Shown: positions 1-24,286 of the stretch, in pieces
Layout: every line of letters begins with the position of its first letter
Position numbering within the stretch: position 1 is the stretch's first letter
DNA from: Tubiluchus corallicola
Taxonomy: Eukaryota > Animalia > Priapulida
Assembly: GCA_030141605.1 (NCBI GenBank)
Contig: JAQGDQ010000008.1
Coordinates: 1,488,001 to 1,552,000 of the forward strand
DNA length: 64,000 bases
Reading direction: 5' to 3'
The notes under the pieces: generated by a model
Seen by the model: the letters and a program-made list of their open reading frames with translations, nothing else
Database searches by the model: none
Told to the model about the DNA's origin: nothing
Made by a program: the position numbers and the translations under genes

Positions 1-2480
1 ATGCTGTTATTATTTGTATATATAAACAGTATGCAAGTATAATCAATTTTTACTATAAGTTCATTTTGAGTAAGTTCGTTTACAATATCTATATACATTT
101 TAATTACATTAGGGTCTCTCTTTCTGTATATAGTCCGAATGTCATTATTTTCTAAGTGGCGTTCATATGTTCATTCTCATGTCTTGTCTAACCGTATCTT
201 CTTCTGAATAATAGGGAATGGTAGAGACAGAAAATTTGTTTCTTTCATAATCTAAAGTGAACATAGAAAATTTCTATCGAAAACTTTATGCATCACGCCT
301 AAAAAGAAACTAAATATTACTGAGCAAACTAAACGAAACTGTACAACAGTACATAACCGCTTTCAGAAATTGTTGAAAAAAGGTCTGGAGTCTGGCTGCA
401 TCAAAACCATTACATCCCACCATTTATAGATACCTCCGTGCCAGTGGAACAGGTGCTGAGATGGTAATGCACCTACTGGACCAGGGATTTACCAATCATC
501 ATCATCATCATCATCATCACCGTCGTCGTTATCATCGTCATTATCACTATATTCTTTGTAGTGTCTTTATTATATGGTCAAATGTTTTTATCTAGCTTAA
601 GTATTCTGCTGGCATAGGCTATATATGTGGATTGATAGATATACAATTCCTGCAGTTACAGCTCCAGGGATTTCTGCATTCATGATTCAATTTAGGCAAG
701 ATCCGATCTAGTGCCTTCCCATGTTGATGTATTGTTTTGTTAAAAACTTTAGTAATCAAAGCGGGAAAGGAAAATTTAGTGCTGATTAGGAAGATGTACC
801 TATATTGCTTACGTAAGGCGCTGCCTGTCACTGTTGTCACCCGAGATATGGGAACGATGATCTTTGTTACGACATCATTTATTTCTGCGCACGCACAGGG
901 TTTAAATCTGGGGCACAAGTAAAACACTGCGTGGAATAACGGAATATTTTGCATTATTAATCGTTGGTGGGTATAGTCAACATGATGCTATTATGGTTTA
1001 CCCAGTTCTGATTATGAGCAAAATGGAGATTCTTGTAGTAGGAAAGTAATGTAAACATGCATACTGCAAAAAATTTGGTTTTGACGCCACATTGGAGAGC
1101 TTCACTGCTTGGCACGAATCTGCTGCAGTCATTTATTGCAGTTGCATTGCTTCGGTACAATCGTACAATCAATTGACAGTTCAAGTGTAAGCCTAAGCTT
1201 AAAGCTCACATCAGGCTATCAGTATCAGCTAAGCTTATTTCAAATTTACTACTGACCTAACTGTCCATCGATATCCGATAATTACTGTTTATTCAGCTCT
1301 AATTATGGGCATCGAATTTACTTTTGTGCACAAATACTAAATTTACTGATTCGAGGCAGCTGTATGAACAGCTACGATCCAAAAGCTCTTTTAAGAGCTG
1401 ACTTAAAATTAACAAATAGAGGCAGGGGGCATTGGAAACGTTCCGAAATTAGCGAAACTCTCATTTTTGTTGCTCCCGCGAGTGTGCAATCACCTAATTA
1501 AGCCTCTAATTAGTATTTATAAACGACTGGGGCTCATCAGTAAATAAGACAAACATTTTAAACGGTCACTGATCCCTCAACTAAAGTAGTAAGTTACAAC
1601 AGAAATGTTTGGGTAATGTTTTGTGCAGTTTTCAATTATTGTTTTAAAATCACGAAGGACCATTTTTACACATTGCTGAAATTCTTTGCCAATATTTCCC
1701 AACAGGTTTTGCTATGCGTCATGTCAGTCTGTGCTTCATTGACATAATTAACTGCTTATCCTCGTTGGTGTTTCCTTATTTGCAGAACTTAGTTCTGGTT
1801 TATAATAGGAACATTTGTTCTTGAATAACGCGTTCTTTTGTTTGATTTGTGGCAGGTAAATTGTACGAGGTTCTAGACCACCATAAAAACGTGCCTATTT
1901 ATGAACAGCATATGCTTGTGTGGGTCATCAAATCAAATTCATAAAATTGACCATGGCAGAGCCAATAATCATTATTACAATATGAACAATGATGCAGTAT
2001 TGCCTATGAGATAAAAAACCGCTCAGTATCATTAATTTTATACGTATAGTAAGGAACATCTTAAAATTCATCAAATGGCAATTTGCAATAGCGAAAAAAC
2101 GCTCTTCAAGATTTTAAAAAGATGTAAAGGCTTACTAATCAATATTATTTTAATATTGACTAAAATAAAATAACTATAAGTTTGCCAATACGAAGTTTAA
2201 AACTGTAAGAACATAATGAAAGATAAAATACTTGCTTATTGCAGTTGGTAGTATTATTACGGTTACTCGAAAAAGCCCTTCACGTAAAGCTTGTATTATT
2301 TTGAAATTTGTTACTATAGGGTGCACGTGAAAGTTAAGATTCACTGCAGAATAATTTTATCTCGGCGTCCAAATTGTCCCCAAAATAAATTCACCAGGTT
2401 TTTTGTTGTGCGAATTTTCGCAAAATTTCGGCGACTCCTATCGAAAACTGCTCTTTGTGCTGCTGTGCAAGACTGGATTT

Positions 2481-2730
2481 CCAGAAAACAATGTCTTTGA
2501 CACTCTCCGCAAAATGTGCAAGAGTCTGGACATCCTGAAAACAATGCCTATGACACTCTTTACAAAATGTGCTAGACTGTGGACCTCCCGAAAACAATGC
2601 CTATGACCTCTCCGCAAAATGTGCAAGATTCTGGACCTCCAGAAAACAATGCCTATGACCTCTCCGCAAAATGTGCAAGATTCTGGACCTCCAGAAAACA
2701 ATACCTATGACACTCTCCTCAAAATGTGCT
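2481..2730. repeat. Minisatellite, 52-54 bp unit, about 4.5 copies
   Basis: Unit ccagaaaacaatgcctatgac(a)ctctccgcaaaatgtgcaagattctggacct repeated in tandem. Confidence 0.85.
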
Positions 2731-4404
2731 TTTAAATTATTTTTAGTTTAGGTCGGTTACAAATTTAAAGCTTTGGCGGAAATATTTTGTCGCTTGTATG
2801 TTGTTGATCCATTATCATGACGAGACCATTGACTTTGTGCGTGCGTAGTTGTTTCTCGCGTGTTTCAAATTAAACTGACTTGCATAATCGAAATAACGAA
2901 CACGGAAGAGAAACGGATAATGAACGATTGAATATAACAACTGCTAAGTAATTGAGCTTAATTTCCATTAAGTATTCGGCGCTGTTTGCACAACATCCCA
3001 CCCAGAGCCCAGACTCTCAACTAGTTCCTTGTCATACGGTGTTGTTCTAAAATGGATTCGGGGCCACTTTGGAACAGGAATCAGTACTTGTGACAATTTT
3101 AGCAATTTGTCACCGTTTTGCAGTTTACAAGTAAAATATTTGATGCTTCCATTCTAAGATCAGCAAGGACTTTTTTGTTTTTGAGTCCGCCCTATGTCGT
3201 TTTGTTCGGCGAACCGAAAAACAGCCACAGTAAACAGCCAGGCACTTTTACTTTTACTTTGCTCATTGAAGCTTGGAGCAACTTAGACCGTGAACTTCCG
3301 CTAAAACGTGCGATTGAATAGAGAAGCTCATATGCTAGCTATGATATTATGCAAAATGTAAATAAAAGAAAAATACGTTCTTTTGATAACAAAGTTGTTT
3401 TGTAGCGCATTGCTTGTGATGAAAGAAATGTGAATAAGCAAGATAAAGATGTGCGGATATTTCTCAATTATTGATTTTATTTTTAAAACAAGGCAGGTAC
3501 GTTTTCTATTTTTTAAATTAATAATTTTGTCTATCTTTAGTACCTTATGGGTATTATACTCGATGTAACGCAACCAATTACGATGCAGTATAATAATACA
3601 TCAATTCATATTTACATAAATTTATCTAAACATCTAAATAAGTTTTAATAAAAAAGTTCCCAGTATTTCAGAATTAACGTCGGTCGGTTACATTGTACGT
3701 CTAGACATACATGGCCTCTTGACGTCTAGACGCACGGGCATTGTAAGAATTATGGTCTCTTGGTTTATAATAACTTTATGCTTGTTTTTTATGAAAATAA
3801 TAAACTCATACTTTTGTTCTATAAACATATTTTAGTTGTTAAAAAAAACTTTCAAAAAATTCAAAACTCACATGTTTATAAATACATTTTAGTTGTTAAA
3901 AAACTTTCAGAACTCTGTATTTAGAAATTTATTGGTACCAACTCTATGTGCTAGGATACTATTTACATTAAAAATGTAGTTGACTGGCGTTAATTTAAAC
4001 GTTTATAGGTAATATCACAATAGGACATCTTAATGCTAATTTGCCAGACGTAAGAGCAACATTAATTCTTTTTTGCTTGTTTGTTTATTGTGCCAAATGC
4101 CAGCAAACAGCTAGACACCTTTGCGACTAGAAGTACACAAATAACAGCTTAATTAAGACATGACAGTGAATTATATAACGAACAACATAATACGTAACCC
4201 GAACTTTGAAAAATCAGAACTCAGGTTAAATAGAAAGTAATTTTTTCTTTGTTCTTTACATATGAGAGTCAATCAGAATTCATCCTAATTAAATGCATTG
4301 AAGCCAAAATGTTCTTGGATTTCCCGCTTAGTGAAGTAACTCCTCAAAAAAGATGTGTTCGCCTTGATGTTTTTGTCATTTTCGGTCTTGTTGAAGTTCT
4401 TCAT

Positions 4405-7400
4405 TTAGGAGGGGTTGCAATGTACATCCCAAAACACATGTCATTTAACGAAGCCAAAGGAATTAAAACTAACAAAATAGAATCAATTTGGTACAATATC
4501 GAAAACTACATTGTAGGTGTCATTTATAAGCCACCAAATCAAAAATATAAGACTTTTCTAAAACATTTTGAAATTGAACTTGAACGTGCTGTACTTGAAA
4601 ATCAACCAGTTTTATTAATGGGGGATTTTAATATCGATATTAATGCAACAAATACTGCTCAGTGCAAAAAGTATAAAGAAGTCTTGGACCAATATAACAC
4701 GCAAATACTAAACGCAAGTAATAAACCCACAAGAATCACTAAAACATCATCTACTACCATAGACCACTTTATCTCAAACGCTAAAGACAATTTCCAAGTA
4801 CAAGAAAACTTCTCGTGTGATTATTCTGATCATGATTTTATAATAATAGTAGACAAAACAAAACCAACCAAAAACAATACAGGCACAGTCTGGAAAACAG
4901 TCAGAGATTATTCTACATATAATAAAGATATATTTCAAGATACTTTAACCAAATTGGACTGGAGTAATATTTACACAATGACTGACATTGACATGCAAAT
5001 AAACACATTAATAAATAATATGGAATACTGCCTGGATATCTATGCACCGTATAAAAAAATTAAAATACATCAGCAGCAATTTAATGCAAAATCTGCCTGC
5101 CCTTAGGCGGATACAGAACTCGCAAAACTAAGACACAATAAAAATGAATTATATAGAACATATTTACATTTAAAAGGTAAAATCAATTACAATAATTACA
5201 AAAAGGCACGAAATAAATTTAATAGCTACAACTGGAAACTCAAAAATAAATATTATATTAATAAATGCAATGATGCAACTACACCTAAACAAAAATGGCG
5301 TTTAATTAATGACGTACTTAACAGATACAGAAACGATCAATTACAAATAAATAGTTTACGAGAAAATGACAGTATAATATCTGATCCAGTTGACATTGCT
5401 AACAAATTAAATTCCACATTTATCAATCTCGGAAAATTTGACAACTTGCCACACCAACATAATGCAAATATACACAATATATACAAAAACCAATCAGTAA
5501 TACAATCCACTTTCTCATTTACTAGCGTCACAGAATACGACATCTTTAGAATATTAAACAGTTTAAATATAAATAAAGGAAGTGGACCCTCAGACATGCC
5601 AATAAAGATCTTAAAAGACTGTGCCAGCATCATTACTCCTCATCTAACATATATCACAAACCAAGTCTTAATGCGCTCAGAATTTCCAGCAGTGTGTAAA
5701 CCAGCAAACATAACTCCAATATACAAGAAAGATGCTAAAGATGATGCTAAAAACTACAGACCAATCTCAGTAGTGCACGTACTAGCCAAAGTATTTGAAA
5801 GAGTTATCTACAACCAAATAAACCATTACATTGAAAATAATAAGCTACTGTCAAATCATCAATTTGGTTTTAGAAAACTACATTCTACAATAGACGCGAT
5901 AATTGATGCCACTGAAAAGTGGCGTTACAACTTAAATAAAAATAAATATATAACAGCAGCATTTTTAGATCTAAGTAAAGCTTTTGACAGCCTCGATCAC
6001 AATTTACTACTAGACAACTTACGCCAACTAGGATTCGATTATACTTCTCTCAAACTAATTATTAATTACCTACACAATAGAAAACAAAGAGTCAAACTGA
6101 ACAAACACACTTTTTCAACATGGGACACACCACAGAGAGGCATCCCACAAGGTACGATATTAGGTCCATTACTCTTTTGTTTATACGTTAATAAAATTCA
6201 TTTAGTTTTACATAATTCAGACTTAACACAATATGCCGATGATACAACACTCTATACAGCACACGCAGACTTTCTAACATCAAAAAAATAATCTAGAAAA
6301 AGACATAACAAATATAAATGCAGCATTTAACTATTTTGGTTTAAAAATGAATGATGATAAGACAGAATTTATGGTAATATCACCCAAATCCAATGACATT
6401 ACTTCTAATGCAACACTAAAAGTAGGTGACTGTTCCATACAACAAGCAAAAACTGTAAAATTTTTAGGCATTACTGTCGACAATAAACTCACTTGGGATG
6501 AACAGTTTCATCAAATACACAACAAGATGGCATTAAGCACGACATTCTTACGCCAAACCAGAGGCCATCTAACCAAGAAAACAAAAATTCTCATCTACAA
6601 AAGTCTAATATTACCACATTATCTATATGGTTGCACTTTACTTCAAAACATTAAATATGAAAACTTTAGAAAACTAAATACAATGCAAAACTGCGCACTT
6701 AGATTAATTCATGGCTACTCTAACAAAACTGCTAAACAACATGCTGCTTCTGCAACAAGCTTAAGAACGTCCACAAAAATACCAATATTAGAAGCCTATC
6801 GAGATTATAAAACACTGATATTTCTTTATAAATATATAAATAAACTGAGCATTCCATTTATAAACAATCCCTTAGCATTTATTCCTGATACCACATTGAA
6901 CACTAGAACATACAATTTAAAGCAAATTACAGTAAACAATAAATTTGGAAATAACTCTATATCAAAACAGGCCATACATTTATGGAACTTACTACCCAGT
7001 GAAATAAAACAAATAGAATCTCTCCACCACTTTAAAAAGAAATTAAAAGAATATCAATATAACAGGTTTCAACTTCCACATTGTGCATCTGATACTAATT
7101 ACACGGACTGCACTTTCATATACCCCCGCCCCTGACTCCATATAATGATTAAAAATGAATTTTTTAAAAAAAAATTATGTAATGTAATACGTGTTATGTT
7201 AGTTTCGTGTTTCGTAATGTTAAATGTATAAATAGTGTGCACTATGTAATGTAAAATTTAATGTACTTTCCTATAATTGTTTGTAAAAATATTTTAATAT
7301 GGTATTTGTAAATATGTTCATTATATTGTATATAGTTTGCACTTTAGTTTTTTTAGTATGCACTGGACGCATTTGTCTTGAACAGTGTTGTTATTTTAAC

Positions 7401-7485
7401 ATTACGCTGAGGCTAACTCAATTTTATTATAATGAGGGAACAGTTTTTATGACAAATAAAGAATTAATATATATATATATATATA
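4405..7485 (+). mobile_element. 5'-truncated non-LTR retrotransposon (CR1/L2 group) ORF2: APE endonuclease plus reverse transcriptase, with one nonsense codon and one frameshift
   Basis: EN motifs GGVAMYI, IYKPP, MGDFNID, PTR, TIDH, SDH. RT motifs NYRPIS, QFGFR, FLDLSKAFD, PQGTILGP, YADD, FLG. In-frame TAG at 5104 (expected PW) and a frameshift in the A7 run at 6282-6288. The 3' UTR ends with AATAAA and (AT)n near 7455-7485. Confidence 0.92.
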
Positions 7486-8439
7486 TTCATGTAATTGGTG
7501 TTTATCATTTCTTTAATATTATGTCGTCACGATAGAATTACTCCGTATTCTAAATTTTAGGAAAAATGGATTCGATGACAACGGTAAACGGTGTTTTATA
7601 CGATCTATTCACGAAAAACAGATTGCATGAGAGCTGTAAATGGTGTTATAAATGACATATCCAGACAGTTGGGTAGAAATAACTCAGTAAGCGAGTAACC
7701 CAATGCTTCGCATTCCGGACTAGTTATTTCAATAAAGACCAGAATTTTCACAAATTTAATTCACTGTAAGGTACAAATTGTGAAATGTTGCGTACAGTCC
7801 TCATCTGCATTAACATTATTCTTTATTATGGTAAATACTGTTTATATAGCAGTGGCAATGACATATTAGACAATTGACAGACATAACATTATTAAAGTGA
7901 CTTAGTCTTGTTGGAATGCTAGACAAGATAAGCTGCAGCTCTGACAAGCATGAACTTTAAATCAAACGTTTACCACAGGAACTAATTCTGGGGAAATTTC
8001 TGGCTGATAAAAGATCCATTACAGTACCGTATTGTATAAAACTAGGAAATAATCCTAACGGACAACAATATGCTCAGTCTTCTCCATATGCTGCTTAATT
8101 TAATTGCGCCGTGTATGGTTGACCTATAAACAGTAGAAATATACCTACTGTTACTAATCCATGGATACAAATTGTTTGAATCAAATTTTATCGACACTGC
8201 ATTAATATTGATTTGTACGTGATTTGTGCATAGACACAAAAAGTAATATTTGTAAGTAGTTTGCGATACGATTTGCGCATAACACTTAAATTTTGTCTTT
8301 TTAAGACATGGCGTACATAATAAAGTGGTTAACGATCGTAAAATGTTCCACTGGTCATCTTTCTGATTATATAAAAACAAGTAGTTCAAATTTAATTAGA
8401 TTTAAAGTCTTTCAGTGCATGTTGCAAGTCACATACAAT

Positions 8440-8735
8440 ACAAAATTCTCCAAAGGTTTTCTAACCTTGACTTTTGATCTTTTGCTTTCAAATAAGGCAC
8501 GGGGACAGTTCTATAGCATGTCATTTATAATCTTTCTGAAAAAGTGGTTTCATTTTTATCATCATTTCATGAGTTACGTTGTGGACGGGCCGTGTCCGGA
8601 CAAAAGCTAAATTTATGCGCGAACTTGGCTTTAACTGAAGTGTGGCAACAGCACAAATTGAGGAAAGGAACAATATTATGTAAAACACGTAAAAATGGTG
8701 GTTTATTGACCTTGACCCTTGAACCCTTGACATCA
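8440..8735. mobile_element. Probable non-autonomous repeat fragment with ccttgacc(t) motifs
   Basis: Recurrent ccttgac/ttgacctt motifs and short palindromes resembling Helentron/HINE-type elements of marine invertebrates. Family not verifiable here. Confidence 0.3.
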
Positions 8736-9074
8736 TCAGAAATAGAATGGCGGCATCTGTCAGTTTATTTTACATTTATTTATTCGGTTATTAACACAAG
8801 AAAGAAACATTGTATTAACACATAATACATAATATATAACACATAAAACAAGTGATGCATGAACCCATAACAGCGGCCACATGAAAAAACAAACAGGTAA
8901 ACACACCCATGCACGTTGTAACAATATAATATTTGTGGAATAAATAAATTCATCTAGGCAAATTATTCAGCATACGAAATGATACGCGAGTATCTTACCC
9001 ACTGCATTAAGTTTGTTCGTTTGTGATGAAACTACACAATACATTAGTAGCTGAACTTATGAGGCACATAAAAA

Positions 9075-9474
9075 CTAGCCAGTTTTCTCGCCAAGTAACT
9101 CGCAAGCATGTTCAGACTAGAGAACAGAGCTTGCTGCGAGTTACTTTCCAACAGTAGGCACGAGCTGACACTCACTTGTCTATTCACTGCCAGTAACTCG
9201 CCAAGTAACTCGCGTGTTCAAACTAGAGAACAAAACTTGCTGCGAGTTACTGTCCGACAGTATGCGCGAGCTGACATTCCTATCTCTAGTCACTGCGAAT
9301 AGTGTCGAGAGTAACTGCCGAAGCGTTCACACTAGATAGTAACTCGTAGGAAATCAAGTCTCATCTACCCTCGGAGAGTTTGCAGACAGTAACTCGCAAA
9401 GCAGTTCACACTTACCAGTTTGCTGTCAGAGAGAAAACTCGCGACAGAAAACGCGCTAGTCTGAATGCGCCGTT
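9075..9474. mobile_element. PIF/Harbinger-like MITE remnant with internal ~120-bp direct repeats
   Basis: Repeated gtaactcgc/gcgagttac and gttca(g/a/c)actaga units; right end ctagtctgaatgcgccg followed by TTA. Confidence 0.5.
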
Positions 9475-9698
9475 AGAGGCCATGATGGAAATAAGAAAAA
9501 CTGTAGTGAGGTCTGTAGCACTTGCTTATCAGTGACAGCAAATATGCTGCTTACTAGTAGCAACTTGCATTGTTCATTAGTAACTTTTACCGGTTTTTTT
9601 CGCTTTGTTCTTCTCTTTTGTTTATTCTATTTACATAAAGATACATTAATTTCTATTACGTAAAGAATCATTAACTTTCAACAACTTTTGCAGGTAAA

Positions 9699-19369
<9,671 letters not shown>

Positions 19370-20082
19370 AAATGACAGAAAAGGGCCATATTTTGTAATT
19401 TTTATCGTTAGTTCAAAATTTTACGTGATTTCCATCCGCGCCTAGTAAGATCTTCCTACTAGTGACGATTTGAAGCAATTATTTCAGTATTTTTCTATAC
19501 TGCACACTGTAGTGGATGCCGTTAGTTTTCAATGCATGGAAGAGGCATAATATTCTTCACTAGGAAGATAAGTGATCCGCTTGTCATAGAAATGATATGC
19601 CATGTCACTCAGCCTTGAATGAAAGCCAATGGCCAGCGGCATATGAGATATAGGAAACCAACTTAATTAACTACTATGAAAAAAATCCCACTTATTATGC
19701 TGAAGTAAAATGAGTTTTCTTGAAACTTTATTGTTCATACTAGATCATAATCGTCTTGATATTGTGTTGTAAGGGATAAGAACTTTGTAAGAACCCATGG
19801 TACAGTAATTTCATGTTCAATAAGTACAGCGTTCATGCAATTATTTCATTTTATTTATTTATTTATTTATTCATGAATCTGGGCTTAATACATTTCTTAC
19901 TTATTTATAGGAAAACATTTCTGGCAATATTTTCTTATTTGCTAATTGCTAATTAAATCTAAGACGTCACTGAATTTTTTTATTTATCCTATAACAATAA
20001 GACAATGTAAAACGTTAAAGCATTCTATGCAAGTTAAGTGTGTACTCATTGTATGAAAAAGAATTGTTACTATTTATGTTCA

Positions 20083-20088
20083 AATAAA
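20083..20088 (+). terminator. Candidate polyadenylation signal of the ZP gene
   Basis: AATAAA about 715 nt after the stop, followed by GT/T-rich sequence. Confidence 0.45.
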
Positions 20089-20629
20089 CCAAGTTTGTTG
20101 ATTTTTACCTGTGCTTTACCAAGTTTTGTCATGATGTTTATAGATTTAACATCAGAACCGACTTTTAGTCAGTAAAATAGAATTACCCAGCAAATTAACG
20201 GGAGCACACTACATAAATTACCAAAATTTGCCCTTTTGACATCACAAGCCAATGAAGCTTTAGTATATGTAAACTTTCCTGCCAATTTTTTAACGTGTAA
20301 ATTCATTATTTTGTTTTTAAATACGTGTAAATTTTCCTTCCCATATTTCTGTTCAAAGGTTATATTTCATTAATTAATTATGACTGGGATTGCCAGAATT
20401 TTTAGAAACCATCGCGGGTAATGAATTGGAGAAATAAGGAGACGCTGAAAATTTGTGGACTAGTTGGGATGATATTTCAACGATTCATGTTTAGACATAT
20501 TCTGCCGCCAGACGAATAGACAGATAGACAAATCGACAAAAATGTCTAATAACAGGAAAGCTCGTGATGTCAGTGAAAAAACAAGTGAAGAAAGACCTAA
20601 GCAAATAAGAATTATGTTCTTGACAATAT

Positions 20630-22160
20630 ATGTATATAAACTTTATTGTTATTTCATTGATTTGCGCAAAGCCTTTGATTCGATTTGGCGAATTGGATTG
20701 TACTACAAATTGTTAAAAAATAGTATAGGTGGTTATTTCCTTAAGCTTTTGCAAAATATATACTTCAAAACTAATTACTCCATTAAACACGCTGGTGGAT
20801 TAACAGATGATATACCATCCTCCTTGGGTGTTAAGCAAGGATGTACGCTGAGCCCAGTTCTCTTTTCCTTGTATATCAGTGACTTGCCAACAGTTTTCAC
20901 ATCTAACCCGTAAGTCTAGGCTATTTTGAAACTAACTGTCTTCTCTATGCAGATGATATGGTCTTACTTTCCTGTTCTCAGTCACGATTGCAACAATGCC
21001 TTAATAAGCTGAATAATTATTGTAGCAAATTGGCTATGGAAGTTAACACTAAAAAGACAGAAATTATTGTTTTTAACAAAGCAGGCAGAGTTCTAAAAGA
21101 CAAACTTTACCGATGGGCCTGATAAGCTGAAAATAGTCCAATCCTATAAATACTTACGGGTCGAAGTCTTTGCATCTTATGCTTTCAGGCAAAGTTGCAC
21201 CAAACTAAAAGACAAAGGATTAAACGCTTTTTACTAAATGAAAAAGTACATCTCAGACTGCGCAAACCCACTTACTGTTATCAAATTATTTGAACATACT
21301 GTAGAGCCTATCATGCTATATGGCTCTTGTGTATGGGAACATAACGGCTGGCATTGTCAAAATTAAAACCAATTCTCCGCATATTCAAACTAAATTTGAT
21401 AGAGTACGTAGCGAAGAGGCCAATATTAAATTATGCAGATTTCTTTTGAATGTCAATAACAAATCGAGCAAATATGCGACCAAGGCAGAGCTGAGCCGTT
21501 TCCCCATTTATATTAAAATAATTGAGGATACAATCCATTACTGGGTACATGTTATTAGCCAACCTTATGATAGTTATGTATACCAAGCTTATAACGAAAA
21601 CCGAACCCTAGCTGAGAACTATTTTTCTTGGACTACTTTTGTTAAGTATATGTTATGTGCATATGGTTTTGATCATGTTTGGAACAACCAGACACCGTTT
21701 TCACCTAAGCGACTACTTAATAAATTAGAAGAAAAAATAAAAATGATTACACCCTATTTTGGAAAGAAGAAATCTATAATGATAACAAACCTGATGGACA
21801 AAACAAACTGCGAATGTATCGAACCTTCAAAAACAAACAATATCAACTAGAAAACTATTTACTTTCCATGGTTTCTATGGTTATTCCAAATATGCTATAA
21901 CAAAATTAACAAAACTGAGAATCAGCTCTCATACTTTGTGCATTGAAAGAGGGAAGTACGTCAAAACCTAGAAAAATCCCGGCTGAGAACCGCATAATCA
22001 CATATTATTTAACAAATGAAATGGAAGACGAATTACATTTTGTTATAAAATGACCATATTACAATGATCTTAGAAGAAAATTATATAATCACATCAATGC
22101 AATTATACCAGAATTTTTCCTTAAGAGCGTTGCTGGTAAATTTTTATTTCTGATGGCAAT
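20630..22160 (+). mobile_element. Decayed 5'-truncated non-LTR retrotransposon (RTEX-like RT with a C-terminal Cys/His motif)
   Basis: FIDLRKAFDSIWRIGL, GVKQGCTLSPVLFSLYISDL, LYADDM, LRISSH..IERG, EMEDELHFVIK, with many stops and frameshifts. Clade assignment is tentative. Confidence 0.85.
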
Positions 22161-22239
22161 ATCTACATGCAGTGAATAACAGAGTCATTTCCTAGGCTGA
22201 AACTTTACCTTGTAAGTAACGAATTAGTAGATAAATAGA

Positions 22240-22684
22240 TAGATAAATTTATTTTCGTCTCTTCTATAAAACATTCAGGTACAAATAGTACAACCACATG
22301 AAATAGGAGCTTTTTGAACCACAAGAGAAAAATATTTCACATAATTAAAACAAAACAAAAAACATTAAATGATAAAAACCAAGATAATAATTAGTAGTTC
22401 ACATTCATTTTATTTATACAATTATTTTCTCCGTTTTGTCCAACAGACTTGGCAGTAATTCTACGTGTAGCAGGATTTCCCATGAAATTAAGAAGCCTAT
22501 CTAAGTCATTCATGTTGTTCAAGTTGGCTTTATATTGAACTATAGAATCTATCCCATTAGTACGTTCACTTTCAATCTCATCCTCGATAACAACACTATT
22601 ACATAATTCACATAATCGTTCACTAACTGAGATGCACTTTCATAACGCCCTGTTTCAATTCTAAGTTGGGCAGTGCCACATGTA
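22240..22684 (-). mobile_element. 3' fragment of another LINE
   Basis: Minus strand reads CGTAQLRIETGRYE..RLCELCNSVVIEDE and ends in AATAAA plus a (TATC)-like tail. Confidence 0.65.
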
Positions 22685-23349
22685 AGTGACCCAAATGATC
22701 AACGAAATTAGTGATAACGAACTTGATCAATTTTCGCAATTTAAAATGAAATTCTGTTCTTTAGTGAATCTGAGTTGCGAGATCGCGAGGTATAATTTGC
22801 TGAATTTTAATTTTAGCTTTCTTGCAACGAATTCGCAAGTAGGACTATATAAAGCGGAGAGATATAAGAGTGAGTTAGGTGACTCACAGGCTCGTTATAA
22901 CGTACAAATTTAATGAATAAATAATAACCATTTAAATCCTATGCTTGCCAATGCAATTCGCTGAAATTAAGCTTAGGCATACGTAGCAGATAACGCAGCA
23001 GTATTAAAATATAATTATATGGACGACAATAATTAATAAAAAATTAACAATACCCTGATTATTGTACGTTAAAAGTGCAAACAAACAAACAAACACAAGA
23101 ACAACAACAAATAACTGGCCACATTTTCCTACTTAGTAGGCTTATACAAAGTCTAGTGTCAGAGAGAGTCACAGGCTTATACATATTTTGATTTTTGACA
23201 TCTTGTACAAAATAGTAGTTAAATTAAACATTTATGGGGTTTTGTTTCTAGACACAAATACGACAGATTTCATGGACAGTGGATTGATGATATGAAAAAT
23301 TTCTTTACATGTATGGACTTCGCAGCTACCTTTCGACAAATTGCACGCT

Positions 23350-23947
23350 TTAAAGCAAAACCGGACCCAATGTTAAACTGTAGGTCAAAACAATTTGTTT
23401 TTTAAAATTCTGGAAGGAAACTTACTATTTTTTAAAGAATGACTTTTGTAAAACAATTATTACCACACAAACGTTATTTTGCGTTCGCGCCATTAGTTCT
23501 TCGCTGTTACATGCATTTCGCCATTCGCTAGTTAAATGGGCACTAGCGCCTGCATTTCGGAAAGCCTTGCGCAAAAAGCAGATGCTGTACCTCTCAGTTC
23601 AGAGGTGTTCGTTTGTGACGCAGTGTACACGTTCGAAAGCTAATGCGTGAGTACAGCGGTAAATTTGAAATTTCAATTTTTATCTTAAAACTTACCGAGT
23701 TTTCTTATAACACACTGAATTTCTTACAATAGCACTGTACTTCAATTTTCACTTTCACAAACACGTGCAACACGCTCATGGAATATCTTTGCTGTTGAAA
23801 ATTATGTTAGTTTTTGATGTCATTAATAGTTGGGCTCGCATGCTGTTAATTAAGTTTTTAATCTATTATTTAATTATCAGAAGCACTTTTGCAGTATTAA
23901 TTGTGTTAAAATATATACTTTTTATCGGACTTGAAAAAAGGATAATC
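23350..23947 (+). mobile_element. TTAA-terminated repeat (Kolobok-like, family B), left arm
   Basis: Starts ttaa-agcaaaaccggaccca; inverted match to 28505-29090 and direct match to 35401-35875. Confidence 0.75.
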
Positions 23948-24286
23948 TCCTGTCGTCTGTCAGCCTGTATTCCTTTAATAAAACAGTAAGCACTTTCTCG
24001 GCATTGCATCAATGCATATGATAAGCAAAAGTTTCTTGGTAGTGCGTAAATATATAGGCAACAAGTTATTTTGTAAAATTACATGAACAAACAACGCCTT
24101 AATAGTTTCATAAACGGGCGCAAAGATAATTTCTTACAGTTGCTTAGACAATTTCTCAGCACATGTATTTTATATAAATAACAACTAGAGGATGTTCCAA
24201 AAGAAACGAGCAATAGAAATATAGTGATACGCTGAAATATGCTGATCAAATGATAAAAGAAATGCGGCTGAGTGTTAATGCGGCAC

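Noticed and set aside
2481-2730. 52-54 bp repeats as a CRISPR array
   Set aside because: The units are contiguous with no unique spacers, there are no cas genes, and the context is eukaryotic.
4249-4404. N-terminal part of the 285-aa ORF as LINE coding sequence
   Set aside because: No endonuclease motifs before GGVAMYI, so it looks like flanking DNA at a 5' truncation.
5104-5106. Programmed stop-codon readthrough in the LINE ORF2
   Set aside because: The codon sits at the conserved Trp of the PW motif, so a TGG-to-TAG mutation in a dead copy is the simpler explanation.
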